Origin: Octopus vulgaris
Lineage: Eukaryota
Assembly (NCBI GenBank): GCA_951406725.2
Contig: OX597817.1
Span: forward strand, 138,260,001 to 138,324,000
Direction: 5' to 3'
Length of the DNA stretch: 64,000 nt
In this document: positions 50,738 to 62,976 of the stretch, one piece after another
Numbering within the stretch: position 1 is the stretch's first letter
How the letters are laid out: each line of letters opens with the position of its first letter
The notes under the pieces: generated by a model
Database searches by the model: none
What the model was told of the DNA's origin: nothing
The model's input: only the letters and a program-made list of their open reading frames with translations
Program-made: the position numbers and the translations under genes

Positions 50738-51650
50738 ATCATCATCGTTTAACGTCCGCTTTCCATATTGGCATGGGTTGGATGATTTGACTGAGGACTG
50801 GCGAAGCAGGTGACTGCACACCAGGCTCCAATCTGATCTGGCAAAGTTTCTACAGCTAGATGCCCTTCCTAATGCTAGTCACTCCAAGAGTGTAGTGGGT
50901 GCTTTTATGTGCCACCAGCACAAGGGCCAATCAGGCAGTACTCGCAACGGCCACGCTCAAATGGTATTTTTTATGTGCCACCTACACAGAAGCCAGTCCA
51001 GCGGCACTGGCAATGACCTCGCTCCAACACAAGTGCCAGTAGGCGATGCTGGTAACGATCACGCTTGAATGGTGCTTTTTACATGCCACTGGCACGGAAG
51101 CCAGTCAACCACTCTGGCAACGCTCATGCTCGGATGGTGCTCTTAGCATTCCACTAGCACAGATGCCAGTCATCGAATTTGATTTCGATTTCACTTGCCT
51201 CAACAGGTCTTCGCAAGCAGAGGCCATGAGGTTATGGTCTCATTTGATTTGCGGGGTCTTCTCAAGCACAGCATATTTCCAAAAGTCTCGGTCACTAGTC
51301 ATTGCCTCGGTGAGGCCTAATGTTCGAAGGTTGTGCTTCACCATTTAATCCCAGGTCTTCTTGGGTCTACCTCTTCCACAGGTTCCCTCAACCACTAGGG
51401 TGTAGCACTTTTTCACACAACTATCCTCATCCATTCTCGCCACATGACCATACCAGCACAGTTGTCTCTCTTGCACACTACATCTGATGCTTCTTAGGTC
51501 CAACTTTTCTCTCAAGGTACTTACACTCTGTCGAGTATGCACACTGACATTACACATCCATCAGATCATACTGGCTTCATTCCTTGCGAGCTTACACATG
51601 TCCTCAGCAGTCACGGCCTATGTTTCACTGCCATATAACTCAGTCGGTAG
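50738..51650 (-). mobile_element. RTE-clade LINE 3' end with long 3' UTR and (GAT)n tail
   Basis: LCWYGHVARMDEDSCVKKCYTLVVEGTCGRGRPKKTWD; tail ...GGAAAGCGGACGTTAAACGATGATG. Confidence 0.85.
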
Positions 51651-52739
51651 AGCATCAGACTTTAAAAGCACACACACATACATACATATATGTTGAAAGA
51701 GAGAGAGAGAGAGAAAACTTGGGCATAAGAGGGATTAGATGTAGTGTACAAGACTGCAATGGTTTGCTCATGTGACACCTATGAATAAGGACAGAAGCTT
51801 AAACAAGTGAATGGAGCTTCTGGAAGAGGGAGGCCCAGAAAGACATGAGATGAAAGCTGATCTGAGAATGTGGGACCTTACAGAGATGACAAAAGACAAG
51901 ATGACTGGTATTCTGCTGCACTCGAGAAGACCTGCCCACCACAGCAGAATTGGTATCCTAAAACCACCTCGAGTGATGCAGGAATTGCTTGTACATGTGG
52001 GACCCTGCCCCATCTCCACTCTCTCTCTGCTCTGTCAAGCATTTCCCCAACATCGCATCCCCTAACAGTCACCATTTCTCAATACATGGCACTACTCGGC
52101 TGTTGTAATCATCTGAGAGCAAAATAGGCAAGTACCGCATCCCCTACCTTTCTATCTATCCCTACAACCATTTCCATCTCATTATCTCCCCTGTTCACTT
52201 TTCCCTCAATCTCCTCCTTTCTGGGCCTTCAGCCATTGTTTTCTCTCTCTCTCTCTCCTCTGCTGTGTTCCATCCTTAACACCTCTCTTATGATACACTC
52301 ATTCTCAATGCCCTCACATACCTACCATTGCCCCTCACCATCACCAATGAGCAGCCTGTATTCTCTCACCATCTCTTGCTACAGTCACCCCTTCCTCATC
52401 TCTAACCACCTCCCCCTCACACTCTTATGAAACATCTATTACCCCTGCCCCACTTCTATTCAGGGTATGTCCTGACATAGCTCCACCACATCAATCTCTT
52501 TCCATCTTTCTCTCCCTTTTCTCTCCAGCTGAGGTAGCCATGTTATCTCTATATACATAAAATTCTTGTCTCTCTGTCTGTTCCCTAGGCATTCTCAAAC
52601 ACTTCCACCAAATCAGTAGTTACAAAAGAGAAAATGTCTTTATTCCAAAACAACCTCATACATACAGATGTTCTATTTGAATTTAAGAGGCTTCAGTTTC
52701 CAGTCAAATTAAGTTTTTGGTATTTCAGTTAACAAAGCC

Positions 52740-53078
52740 AATCGCCTCGCCCCGACTGGCTTCTGTGCCTGTCACACATAAAAAGCACCATCCGAACGTG
52801 ACCGATGCCAGCGCTGCTTTGACTGGCTCCCATGCCAGTGGCACATAAAAAGCACCATCCAATCATGGTCAATGCCAGTTCCCTCTGGCCCCTGTGCTGG
52901 TGGCACCTAAAAAGCACCCACTATACTCTCGGAGTGGTTGGTGTTAGGAAGGGCATCCAGCTGTAGAAACATTACCAGATCAGACTGGAGTCTGGTGAAG
53001 CCTCCTGGCTTTCCAGAACTCAGTCAAACCGTCCAACCCATCCCAGCGTGGAAAACGGACGTTAAACAATGATGATGA
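52740..53078 (+). mobile_element. 3'-UTR fragment of the same RTE family
   Basis: AGGAAGGGCATCCAGCTGTAGAAAC...GGACGTTAAACAATGATGATG. Further copies near 47.3, 55.1, 55.9 and 58.4 kb. Confidence 0.75.
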
Positions 53079-53504
53079 AATCTCAGAGTCAATCCCACGA
53101 GGCAGTTGGACTTGATCTCTCTACTACAGGCTTCTCACACGGCCAACTCCATGTTGGTTGCTTACAAGTTGGAAGCAACAACAATTCATTCATTTGGACA
53201 CCAACAAAAAATTACACAATGAATATTGTTTACCCAGAGGTGCTTCGAGATTGACAGATTTTCACTTCTAAATTCTATTACCATTACAATCTGGATATTT
53301 TTTTTCAATAAAATATAGATATTTTGAAATATGAGGAAAAAAATGCATCTTCAACAGCAATAACCTGGGCAACTCCAAAACAAAAAAAAAAAAAAAAAAT
53401 GGAACCTGGCACGGTCCTTTGGTTGGTTTTGAGCTCTGGTCAAATCATCCAACACAATCCAGCATAGAAATCAGACAGTAAATTATATATATATATTCAT
53501 TTAC

Positions 53505-53870
53505 ATGTTTCAGTCATTTGACTGCAGCCATGCCACCTTAAAAGGTTTTAGTTGAAGAATTCGACCCCAGGACTTAGTCTTTGTAAGTCTAATACTTATT
53601 CTATCGGTCCCTTTTGCCAAACTGCTCAGTCACAGGGATGTTAGCACACGAACGTCGGTTGTCGAGCAATGGTGGGACAAAGACAGACACATAAATATAT
53701 ATATACACAACAGGCTTCTGTCAGTTTCCATCTAACAAATCCAGTCACAAGATTTTGGTTGGCCCAGGGCTGTAGTACAAAACACTTGCCCAAAGTACCA
53801 CGCAGTGGGACTGAACCTGGAACCATGTGGTTGGGAAGCAAGCTTCTTATCACACAGCTATACCTGCACC
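53505..53870 (-). mobile_element. SINE family B, diverged
   Basis: Family B body on the minus strand. Confidence 0.75.
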
Positions 53871-53892
53871 TACATATTAAGTCAAAAAAAAA

Positions 53893-54229
53893 AGGCTCCC
53901 CTTTGGTCATGAATGACCATGGGATTGGATCTTGAAAGTTGCCCTCTTGAGGCACAAGTCCAGGCAAGGTTGTTTATGGAAGGCCAGCAGTCACCCATGC
54001 ATACCAGCTTACCCTCTCCACACCACTGATGTTATCCAAGGGAAAGACAAAGGAGCCGATACAGCTTGGCACCAGTGACGTTGCAATTCATTTCCAGAGC
54101 TGAGTGAACTGGAGCAACATGAAATAAAGTGTCTTGCTCAAAAACACAACATACAGCCCGTTCCAGGAATTGAACTCACTACCTCATGATTGTGAGCACA
54201 ATACTCTAACCACTGAGCCATGCGCCTTC
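53893..54229 (-). mobile_element. tRNA-derived SINE family D, full length
   Basis: AGGCGCATGGCTCAGTGGTTAGAG...GAGTTCAATTCC head with A and B boxes; homologous to 7655-7935. Confidence 0.8.
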
Positions 54230-54242
54230 ATGTATATATATA

Positions 54243-54957
54243 TCATCATCATCATCGTCGTTTAGCGTCCGTTTTCCATGCTAGCATGGGTTGGACGGTT
54301 CTACTGGGGTCTGTGAAGCCAGAAGGCTTCATCAGGCCCAGTCAAATCTGGCAGTGTTTCTACGGCTGGATGCCCTTCCTAACGCCAACCACTCCGTGAG
54401 TGTAGTGGGTGCTTTTACGTGCGTGCCAGACAGAGCTGGCAAACGGCCACGAACGGATGGTGCTTTTTATGTGCCACCGGCACAAGGGCCAGGCGAGGCT
54501 GGCAATGGACACGAAACGGGGCGGTGCTGGCAACGGTCGCGAAACGGAAGGTTCTCTTACATGCCACCAGCACTGGTAACACATCTGCAATTTCCATTGT
54601 GATCCTCACTTGCCTCAACGGGTCTTCACAAGTAGAGTTTCGACATGCCACCGGCACTGGTAACACATCTGCAATTTCCATTGATCGATTTCGATTCTGA
54701 TCCTCACTTGCCTCAACAGGTCTTCACAAGTAGAGTTTTGTGTCCCAAGAAGGGAAGGTATGCATACGTAGGCTGGCTCCATCCCATGTAGAAGGCCACG
54801 GGTTATGGACTCACTTGTCCTGCCGGGTCTTCTCGCGCACAGCACACTTCCAGAGGACTCGGTCTCTAGTCATTTCCTCAGTGAGACCTAAAGTTCGAAG
54901 GTCGTGCTTCACCACCTCATCCCAGGTTTTCCTGGGTTTACCTCTTCCACAGGTTCC

Positions 54958-54960
<3 letters not shown>
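54243..54960 (-). mobile_element. RTE-clade LINE 3' end
   Basis: Homologous to 50738-51400 (EGTCGRGKPRKTWDEVVKHDL). Confidence 0.8.
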
Positions 54961-55009
<49 letters not shown>

Positions 55010-55369
55010 AGCCCATGCCAGTGCTAATGCCATGTAAAAAGTACTGTCCACTCTGTAACGTAGTTGGTGTTATGAAGGGCATCCAGCTGCAGAATCCATA
55101 CCAAAACAGACAGTGGAGCTTGGTTCTGGCTTGCCAGCTCCTGTCAAACCATCCAACCCGAACCAGCATGGAAGGCAAATGTTAAATGATGATGATGATG
55201 TAGGATACTCATGGTTGCGTAACTGGGATACCATTAGTCAAAGAACTCTATACATAGTGGGAAGTATTAGTCAAAGGTAAACCTTAACTATTTCGGTCGC
55301 TCATATAGTTTCTGTAGATTAGACAGAAAAACCGAACTCAGTGAAGATATTCCAAACAAAATATAATTA

Positions 55370-55750
55370 AACAGCCGTGCTACATGGCAGTGAGAGATGG
55401 GCTGTCACTACAGAGGACATGTGAAGGCTTGAAACAAAGGAAGACAGCATGCTCTACTGGATGGACAATGTCCGTGTGCATGCATGACAGAGTGTAAATG
55501 TGTTTTAAGAGAAAAATTAGATGTAGCGTCCAAGAGTGAAGACTGCACGGGTATGATCATATGATGCATATAGATGAGAACAGATGCATCAAGAAGTTCC
55601 AATCTCTAATTGTGGAAGGAACCTGTGGAAGAGGTAGACCCATGAAGACATGGTGAGAAAGGATCTTCAGACACTGGGCCTCACAGAGGAGGTGAGAAGA
55701 GATGGAGAGTCCTGGCAGTTTGCTTAAGAGGACACACCCAGCTAAATGAA
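55370..55750 (+). mobile_element. Decayed RTE LINE ORF fragment
   Basis: LHGSERWA...VEGTCGRGRPMKTW. Confidence 0.7.
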
Positions 55751-56246
55751 ATTGAGGCTATCCAAACATCCCGGCATGTCCTCTGCATCCCTTTCTCAGC
55801 TGAGAGATCCTAGTGTTACAGGCTCATGGGTGCTGATGCTCAGTAATAGCACCTTTACCAATGCCACATGAGAGCACTCATGCCAGTGTCATGTAAAAGC
55901 ATCAAGTACTCTCTATAAAGGGGCTGGCATTAGGAAGGGCATCCAGCCATAGAAACCATGCCAAAACAGACAACTGGAGCCCGAGCAGCTCTGGTCAACA
56001 CCTATTAAACCATCCAACCCATGCCAGCATGGAAAAGGGACATTAAATGATGAGGATGTAATCAAATGTGTTCCAGGAGTGCACAAGAAATATAGTGGTA
56101 TTGTAGACATGGTGACAGCAAATAAAAACTTTGTATACAGCAGATGTATAAGAAGAGCTTGGAGTCAAAGAAGCCAGGGTCTAAAGAAGTTAATAGTTTC
56201 TGTTACCATGGCAGCAGAATTACAAATGGAAGAGGGTGATGTTTAA

Positions 56247-56464
56247 CTCTTTAATGTTTAAACCGGCCATATCTGGCCCAGATATTCTACTTGTTTTATA
56301 TTCAAACTGGCCCTATCTAGCCTCTCACACCTAACCTACATTGACATTCTAAAAATAAACAATCACATCATTGAAACCTCAAAGCTATTAGACAATGCAT
56401 GATTAATTCAAAACAATTTGAGTGAAAAAATATTACATTTAACAGTAATCAGAACACTAAAGGG
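56247..56464. mobile_element. piggyBac-like MITE
   Basis: TTAA|CTCTTTAATGTT ... AACACTAAAGGG|TTAA. Confidence 0.65.
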
Positions 56465-56807
56465 TTAAATATAGTAGCCAGAATAAGGACAGGATGGGTG
56501 AAGTTAGGGAACTATTACCTCAACTGGTAACAAAGAGATTCTCTCTTCGGGCAAAGGGTAGATTGTACAATGCTTGCGCATGAACTGCGACAAGACATGG
56601 CTATGGCATGGAGAGGATGTTTAAAAGTTGGAGAGACACAAAGCAAGCATTCTCACATGGATGTGTGATGTTAAGTGTGTATATATGAGAGACAGATGAG
56701 TTGAGGGGAAAACTGAATAAGATGTAGTAAGAAAGATGGCTACATTGGTATAGACATTAACATATACTGGTGCCTGGTGCAGCCGCTAGCTTTCCAGACC
56801 TCAGTCA

Positions 56808-57182
56808 GTGGAGGCACAATGACCCAGTGGTTAGGGCAGCGGACTCGTGGTCGGAGGATCGCGGTTTCAATTCCTAGACCGGGAGTTGTGTGTTTATTGA
56901 GCGGAAACAACTAAAGTGCCACAAGGCTCCGGCAGGGGGGTTTGGCGACCCTTGTTGTACTCTTTCACCCCAACTTTCTCTCACTCTTCCTTCCTGTTTC
57001 TTGTCCCCGACTTCCTACGCAACCGCTGAGCCTGGATGCGCATTCATCCATCCGTCGATGCTCTTGGTGTCGGGGGGTTGACCTACTTTCTCTTCTGCGG
57101 GTCTTACGAATAGCAAAGGACCACGTTTCGGACTTCTCCCATCTTGCGAGCTCTGGGATGAAAACCGTTCGCTCAACAGCAA
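56808..57182 (+). mobile_element. SINE family C with 13-bp TSD
   Basis: TSD CAGACCTCAGTCA at 56795-56807 and 57183-57195. Confidence 0.9.
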
Positions 57183-58756
57183 CAGACCTCAGTCAAACTG
57201 TCCAACTCATGCCAGCATGGAAAACAGATGATGATGATGATGATGATATATATAGATTGTAAGAGGTGGATAAAGAATTGGCAGGAGATCCACGTGGAAG
57301 GAAACAGAAGACATTTACAGAAATGGTAACAATTGATTTTAGGTGGCTGAACCTCGCAAAGTAATGTAACAAGTAGTTGGAGAGGGAGGATCTGTCAAAC
57401 CCATTGAAGCATGGAAAAGTGATGATGGTGGTATAGAGATCTTTAAAATCGTGTTTTAATTTATGACAAAATATATCTACCAGATATCATTAAAACACAT
57501 GTAACTAACATAACTAATAAATTCCATTCTTGAACTCCATGTGTGATACTCTGCAACAAATTTAGTATACTTGGAATTTCGTTCTGTATAAATGGTTTCT
57601 TTTAAAGAAAATTGTCCACTTGTAAATACTCTATTAACCAATAGTTACAAGAGCACTGACAGAGGATCTAGTTTGGATTTAATAATCCCCTTCGATATGC
57701 TATAGATTTATGGATATTTACATATATATACCTTACCCCCAACAAGCCAAACTACATCTCTCCTCTTCTTCTTTTCCTGCACTATGTCTATCCCTCTCTT
57801 TCACCCCTCTGCTCACTGTATCATTGCTATCCTGTTGTCCCCCCACCTCATCTATATGCTCAGGTTTTACCTGTCACTGCATCCCCTATCCCCCACATTC
57901 TTTGCATTCATGTGAAGTCTCTACTCATGCACCTTAGCAATACCCCACCATTTATATTCCGACCCCATATCTTGAGAGTAGCCCTTCCATTTTGCCACCT
58001 CTTATCTCTCCCTGGCTCTTCTCTACTATCCTATTTATATTCTGATCCGTTCCTTGTGAGCAAGCCCTGGCACTTTGCCACCATCTTCCTCCTGCTCTCT
58101 TCCTCTATCCCTCTGACTGGTTAACCATGTATCTCTTCTGTTACTGGCCTCAATCCTGATCACTCTTTATCTCTCTCTCTTACAGGATAACCATGCCTCT
58201 TCTCTACGGCAACACACCTGTTTCTCTCTCTCTCTGTCACACTCTAACCTTTCATCACCAGACACAAGAACCCCTCCTCCAATTGCCCCCACCCCTCTCA
58301 AAGGTTCTTTGTCTTGCAAATTACTTGGTGACCCTACCAGTGTGCTGGTGCCATGTGAGAAGCATCCAGTCCACACAGTAAAGTGGCAGGCATTTGTAAA
58401 GGCATCCAGCTGTAAAAATAACCAAGCCAAAACTAACCTCACCACATAAAAAGCATTCAGTCCACTCCGGGGAGAGGTTGGTATTATGGAGGGCATCCAA
58501 CCATAAAAACCATGCCAAAACGGACTGTCAAACCATCCAACCCATGCCAGCATGGAAAGCAGACATTAAATGATGATGATGACATATGTATATGCACACA
58601 GTATAAAGATACGAGCAACTAATGGTTCCATACACTTTGCAGGTTTTTATCCTTGGGGACACAAGGCGTGTTATAAAAAAACCTGCCTAGACCCAGGTCT
58701 CTAATGCAAGAACCTATTTATAGCTCACATCATTATACCGTGTACATTAAATGACA

Positions 58757-59376
58757 GCATTCCTTCGTTTTAACTCGACAAAACCATAACAAGACCTCAG
58801 TTGTTTCCATGTCAACTTGAGTGGAGGCACATGACCTAGCAGTTAGAGCAGCGGACTCACGGTCGAGGGATCGCGGGTTCGAATCTCAGACCGGGCGATG
58901 TGTGTGTTTATGATCGAAACACCTAAGCTCCATGTGGCTCCAGCAGAAGGTAATGGCGAACTTCTGCTGACTCTTTCGCCACAACTTTCTCTCACCCTTT
59001 CCTCCTGCATCTTGCAGCCCACCTGCGACGGAGCAGCGTCCCGTCCAGGTGGGGAACCTATACGCCAAGGAAACTGGGAAACTGGCCCTTATGAGCCAGG
59101 GATGGCTCGAGAAGGAACAAACAATGTCAACTTGGATTCTTCGTGACCTCCGTGATGCGTGTTCCATCTTTATGTATTCATGTGTTGTGGAATTTAGATA
59201 TAACGAAATTATGCCAGCAAAAAGCTTTGCATATTTGTTCTTACCTGCTTCATGTGGGTTATGTAAAATCCACAAATTTTCGGAGGTCACAACGTTATCC
59301 AAAGTGAATTGTCCAGTTGTCATGGAAACAACCGAGGTCTTGTTATGGTTTTGTCGAGTTAAAACGAAGGAATGCC
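58757..59376. mobile_element. MITE with ~60-bp TIRs and 10-bp TSD, containing a nested SINE (58821-59125)
   Basis: GCATTCCTTCGTTTTAACTCGACAAAACCATAACAAGACCTC / inverse. TSD TTAAATGACA; the nested SINE is flanked by ATGTCAACTTG. Confidence 0.85.
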
Positions 59377-59614
59377 TTAAATGACATTTCTCTCTCACTG
59401 AATGGAATACATTTTTTTTTTTGGTGATTTTACCTTAACAGAACAGTAAACTACACACACACACGTGTGTGTAGATATTTAGACATGAGGAAGAGATGGT
59501 GAAGAAAATAAAACAAGAAATAAAAAAAAACAGCTGAGTTGCATTACTGGAATGAAAAACTGTAATTACTTTCCAATGAAACAAATACAGAAAAAGATTC
59601 TTTCTTGATATAAA

Positions 59615-60120
59615 GTTTTTCTTTGAGGTTTTGCAGTCTGTGGTGAGAGTAATACCTAGGTCAGAGTTTCATCTAACTCCTCGGGTTTTAGTGAGAGTAT
59701 TGTCTAAATGAGCAAATCAGAGTTTATCTAACCCTTTGCTTTCAGATGAGACTATCGTCTAATTAAACACGGCTGACATAAACTCTACAGTCTGCTAGGA
59801 GCATTCTTGTCTGAGTACGTCCAAGCTGACCCTTACCCTTCAATTTGTGCCTAGAATATTGTCTAAAAATATCAGGGTCTATATTAACTGAATCAATAGT
59901 GAGAGTATTGACTAAATGTGGATGACTACGCTTAACTCCTCTGTCTTTGGTAAGTACTGTCTATGAGTCTAAAACTCCTGTTAGAGAACGTACTGAACCG
60001 ATCAGATCTGGGCTTAACTCCTCTACTTGTGGCAAGAGAATGGAGTGACCATTTAAAGGCTTATGTTCTTAGTTCGTCATCTATGGTATGAGGGCTGACT
60101 AATTGAGCAGGTTGAGGGCT
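59615..60120. repeat. Degenerate ~50-bp tandem repeat
   Basis: Recurring GAGAGTATTGTCTAA and CT(T)AACTCCT motifs at roughly 47-55-bp spacing. Confidence 0.55.
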
Positions 60121-60657
60121 ATATAAATGTTGGAGATAACAAAGTGTTAGTGACAATAACAACAATAAAAGAGTGAAGAATCTAATCAAATACATTTACT
60201 TACTCACCACTCCCACATCCCACACACACCCAGTCATTTGACATAAAACCAACATATTGATGATGCAATTTAGAAGTGTAATAGATATGTTTCTGAAATA
60301 AATGCTGTGTGTATGTATGTATGTGTGTGTGTGTGATAGTGTTGACTAAGTTTGTATGTTGGCAAGTTTTTCATTTTGTAACAACCAGATTTTTTGGAAC
60401 TTGAAAATTCAAAAATAAATGATAAGAGATGAAGTCTTCTTTTATTTTTTTTAAGAATTGTTTTCTTCGGATTTTTCTGTTTTCTTTTTGTATTTGTGCT
60501 TTTTTTTATGTGGTTTTTTTTTTTGTGTTACGTGGCAGGATTCAGAGAGAACGAACCCAAAAGTCAGTAGAGAGAGAATGAATTTATCTAACATTCAATG
60601 TTGGACAAGAATGCAACCAAGACACACAAGTGTTCATTATTAATATTATTATTATTA

Positions 60658-61140
60658 TTATTCCGATGAAGTAGCTCCGTTGCCTTGGTAAATCCAGCTC
60701 TCTTCCACTATGGCCTTTACTCGTTTCTCGTACTCTCGTCGATTTTCCTGATAGAGTTGGGCGGCCAGGTTATTGGCAGGACTGTTTGGGTTGGGTTCGT
60801 CTAACAACGACTGGATAGAAGTCAGTATAGAAGACACATCGTATGTAGGACTCCATCGGTTCTGGAGAATGTCCAAGCAGATGCTACCGTCAGCATAGAT
60901 ATTAGGGTGGAACATTTTAGAAGAGAAACGTACGGCCGGGGGTTTATTCGGGTATTCCTCTGTGAATTTGATGGTCAGTTTGAAGGTACCGTCCTCGAAG
61001 GGTGTGTCTGTCGGGCCGAAAATCACTGCATTCCACAACATGATGTTGTTATCGGTCGGTGCTCCGCTCACTCCGGCGGGTGGGTCGTCTTGCAGTCTCA
61101 TAAAATCTCTCATTAAACGACGACGAGCAGGTGTAGACAT
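60658..61140 (-). CDS. UBE2A: Ubiquitin-conjugating enzyme E2, Rad6/UBE2A/UBE2B family (160 aa, uninterrupted CDS)
   Basis: [13 protein letters not shown]...[25 protein letters not shown]...NSPAN. Catalytic Cys88, HPN motif and Ser120 are at canonical Rad6 positions. Confidence 0.97.
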   Translation of the reverse strand: MSTPARRRLMRDFMRLQDDPPAGVSGAPTDNNIMLWNAVIFGPTDTPFEDGTFKLTIKFTEEYPNKPPAVRFSSKMFHPNIYADGSICLDILQNRWSPTYDVSSILTSIQSLLDEPNPNSPANNLAAQLYQENRREYEKRVKAIVEESWIYQGNGATSSE

Positions 61141-61362
61141 TTTCTCGCAATATCAGGTAACCAATTATAGAAAGTTAAATAGTTCTTGGTGTTGCGAATA
61201 TATATATATATATTTTATTTTGTTTTGTTTTGTTTTTTTTCGAGGGGGGAAACAGAAAAATAAAGGCCGTCGGTAAACGATAAAAAATATCCTTTCTAGT
61301 AAATTCCAAGTTTCCGGACGAGCGGAAGTTTTTCAGTTCTATTCTCCACACTCGGAAGAAAA

Positions 61363-61737
61363 CTGCAAAATAAAAACAGAATATAAATCAGATTTATATA
61401 TCTCTTTTTAAAGAAAAAAAAAAATACTTCCTTTTATGAGGAAGATTTCTAATTTGTCCTCTCAATAAGAGAGCAGAGATAGAGAGAAAGAGAGACATGT
61501 AAATAGCTTCATATACATACATATACACACATACCTATATAGCCAGTAGATAATATGGAAAATACGATGTGTAATATAATAATATATATTTCTTTCTTGC
61601 CCACAAGGGGCTAAACACAGAGAGGAGAAACAAGGACAGGCAAAGGGATTAAGTCGATTACATCGACTCCAGTGCGTAACTGGTACTTAATTTATCGACC
61701 CCGAAAGTAATATAATATAATAAATGATGTTGTATAC
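61363..61737 (-). other. Putative 5'-UTR intron of the Rad6 gene (contains a SINE A fragment, 61588-61707)
   Basis: Minus-strand donor TAG|GTATAC at 61737 and acceptor TTTTTATTTTGCAG| at 61363. Confidence 0.5.
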
Positions 61738-62004
61738 CTAGACGGATGTTGCTTCAGCAAGACGGTGTTTTCGGGAGACACCACTTCCTTACTTTCAATC
61801 GATTCATCAATTCAATTTATGCCATTTCCGACAACTGTTCGGTGCTGATCCCCATAGAATACCAGTTGGTGTTTCTGCTGTATATATGTGGGTGTATAGA
61901 ATTTGGTAAATCCTCTGGGTTGGTGCTGTCTTCGCTCTCTCTTTCTCTAAATAATGGAAATTAATAACTTTGTTCCTCAAAGTCAACAACAATGACGCCT
62001 GAGT

Positions 62005-62094
62005 GTCACTTCCGCTTTCGGATTTATTTATTTTCCATAAACAGGAAGTGACGAAACAGAACTCTTCGTGTTACACGGACAGCTATCACGTGAC
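62005..62094. promoter_or_regulatory. Putative housekeeping promoter: two opposed ETS/half-CRE motifs and an E-box
   Basis: GTCACTTCCG (62005), CAGGAAGTGACG (62042), TCACGTGAC (62086), upstream of Rad6. Confidence 0.5.
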
Positions 62095-62159
62095 ATTATG
62101 TATGGAAACCAATTTGAGTAATAAATAGTATTTTCTTGAATGATTTTGCTAAATTATTC

Positions 62160-62395
62160 TGTTGTTGACAACGATCCGGAGATATTGTATTCACCTCAAT
62201 AGACGTCATTGATTGGTTGAAATTGCCGAAATGCAAGAAATTAAACAACAAATAGTTTACAAACTATAGAATTTTCTCAAGAAAGTCAAGAGAAAAAGAT
62301 GTTTTATAAACACATTCTACCAGTATACGAAGTTTAAAAGTGTTTAGTTACAAAGAAATTATTTTTAAAATCTGCCGGTCAAAGCGAAAAGATCC
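62160..62395 (+). mobile_element. One-ended copy of the 22497 MITE family
   Basis: Near-identical to 38095-38330. Confidence 0.8.
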
Positions 62396-62401
62396 ATTTT
62401 C

Positions 62402-62818
62402 GGCGATCTTTCGTTTCTAGTAGACCTTTCCGTCGATTTCCGTAAAAAAAATTATTTTTTTTTTACATATGGGCTTGCGGGAACTTTTGAAGTAATGAGA
62501 GCAAAAGAGACTAAGAGAAAGCGATTGTATGACGAGGGAAGTTCTTTTGAAGTTACCGTGCATGGGAGCATTGATGTATATGTGTGTGTTTGATGGGGTG
62601 TGGGAGACAGACAGTATGTTGTGTAAGTGAAGTGCTTCTGTAAGTGTGTGTGAAGAGACAGAGTAATGTGTGAAAGAAAGAGATAACTGAAATTTTTTAC
62701 TCGGTGTATGTGTATATGTATGTATATTACTTCAAAAGTTTCCGCAAGCCCATATGTAAAAAAAGAAAAAATTTTTACGGAAATCGACGGAAAGGTCTAC
62801 TAGAGACGAAAGATCGCC
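62402..62818. mobile_element. MITE with ~90-bp TIRs and 8-bp TSD
   Basis: GGCGATCTTTCGTTTCTAGTAGACCTTTCCGTCGATTTCCG / inverse; TSD CCATTTTC. Confidence 0.9.
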
Positions 62819-62844
62819 CCATTTTCTGTTTGTGCCTTATTATT

Positions 62845-62976
62845 TAACACACTCACCGGTAAAATTTCCACTTTTTTCTTATTTTTATTGTCCTAAAATT
62901 TCGTTGCATCTTGCAACCTTTTCAATAGTTTTGACAAAATAAGAAAAAAGTGGAAATTTTACCGATGAGTGTGTTA
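62845..62976. mobile_element. Small MITE / inverted repeat
   Basis: TAACACACTCACCGGTAAAATTTCCACTTTTTTCTTATTT / AAATAAGAAAAAAGTGGAAATTTTACCGATGAGTGTGTTA. Confidence 0.75.

Noticed and set aside
58886-59398. 170-aa minus-strand ORF
   Set aside because: Lies almost entirely across a MITE and its nested SINE.
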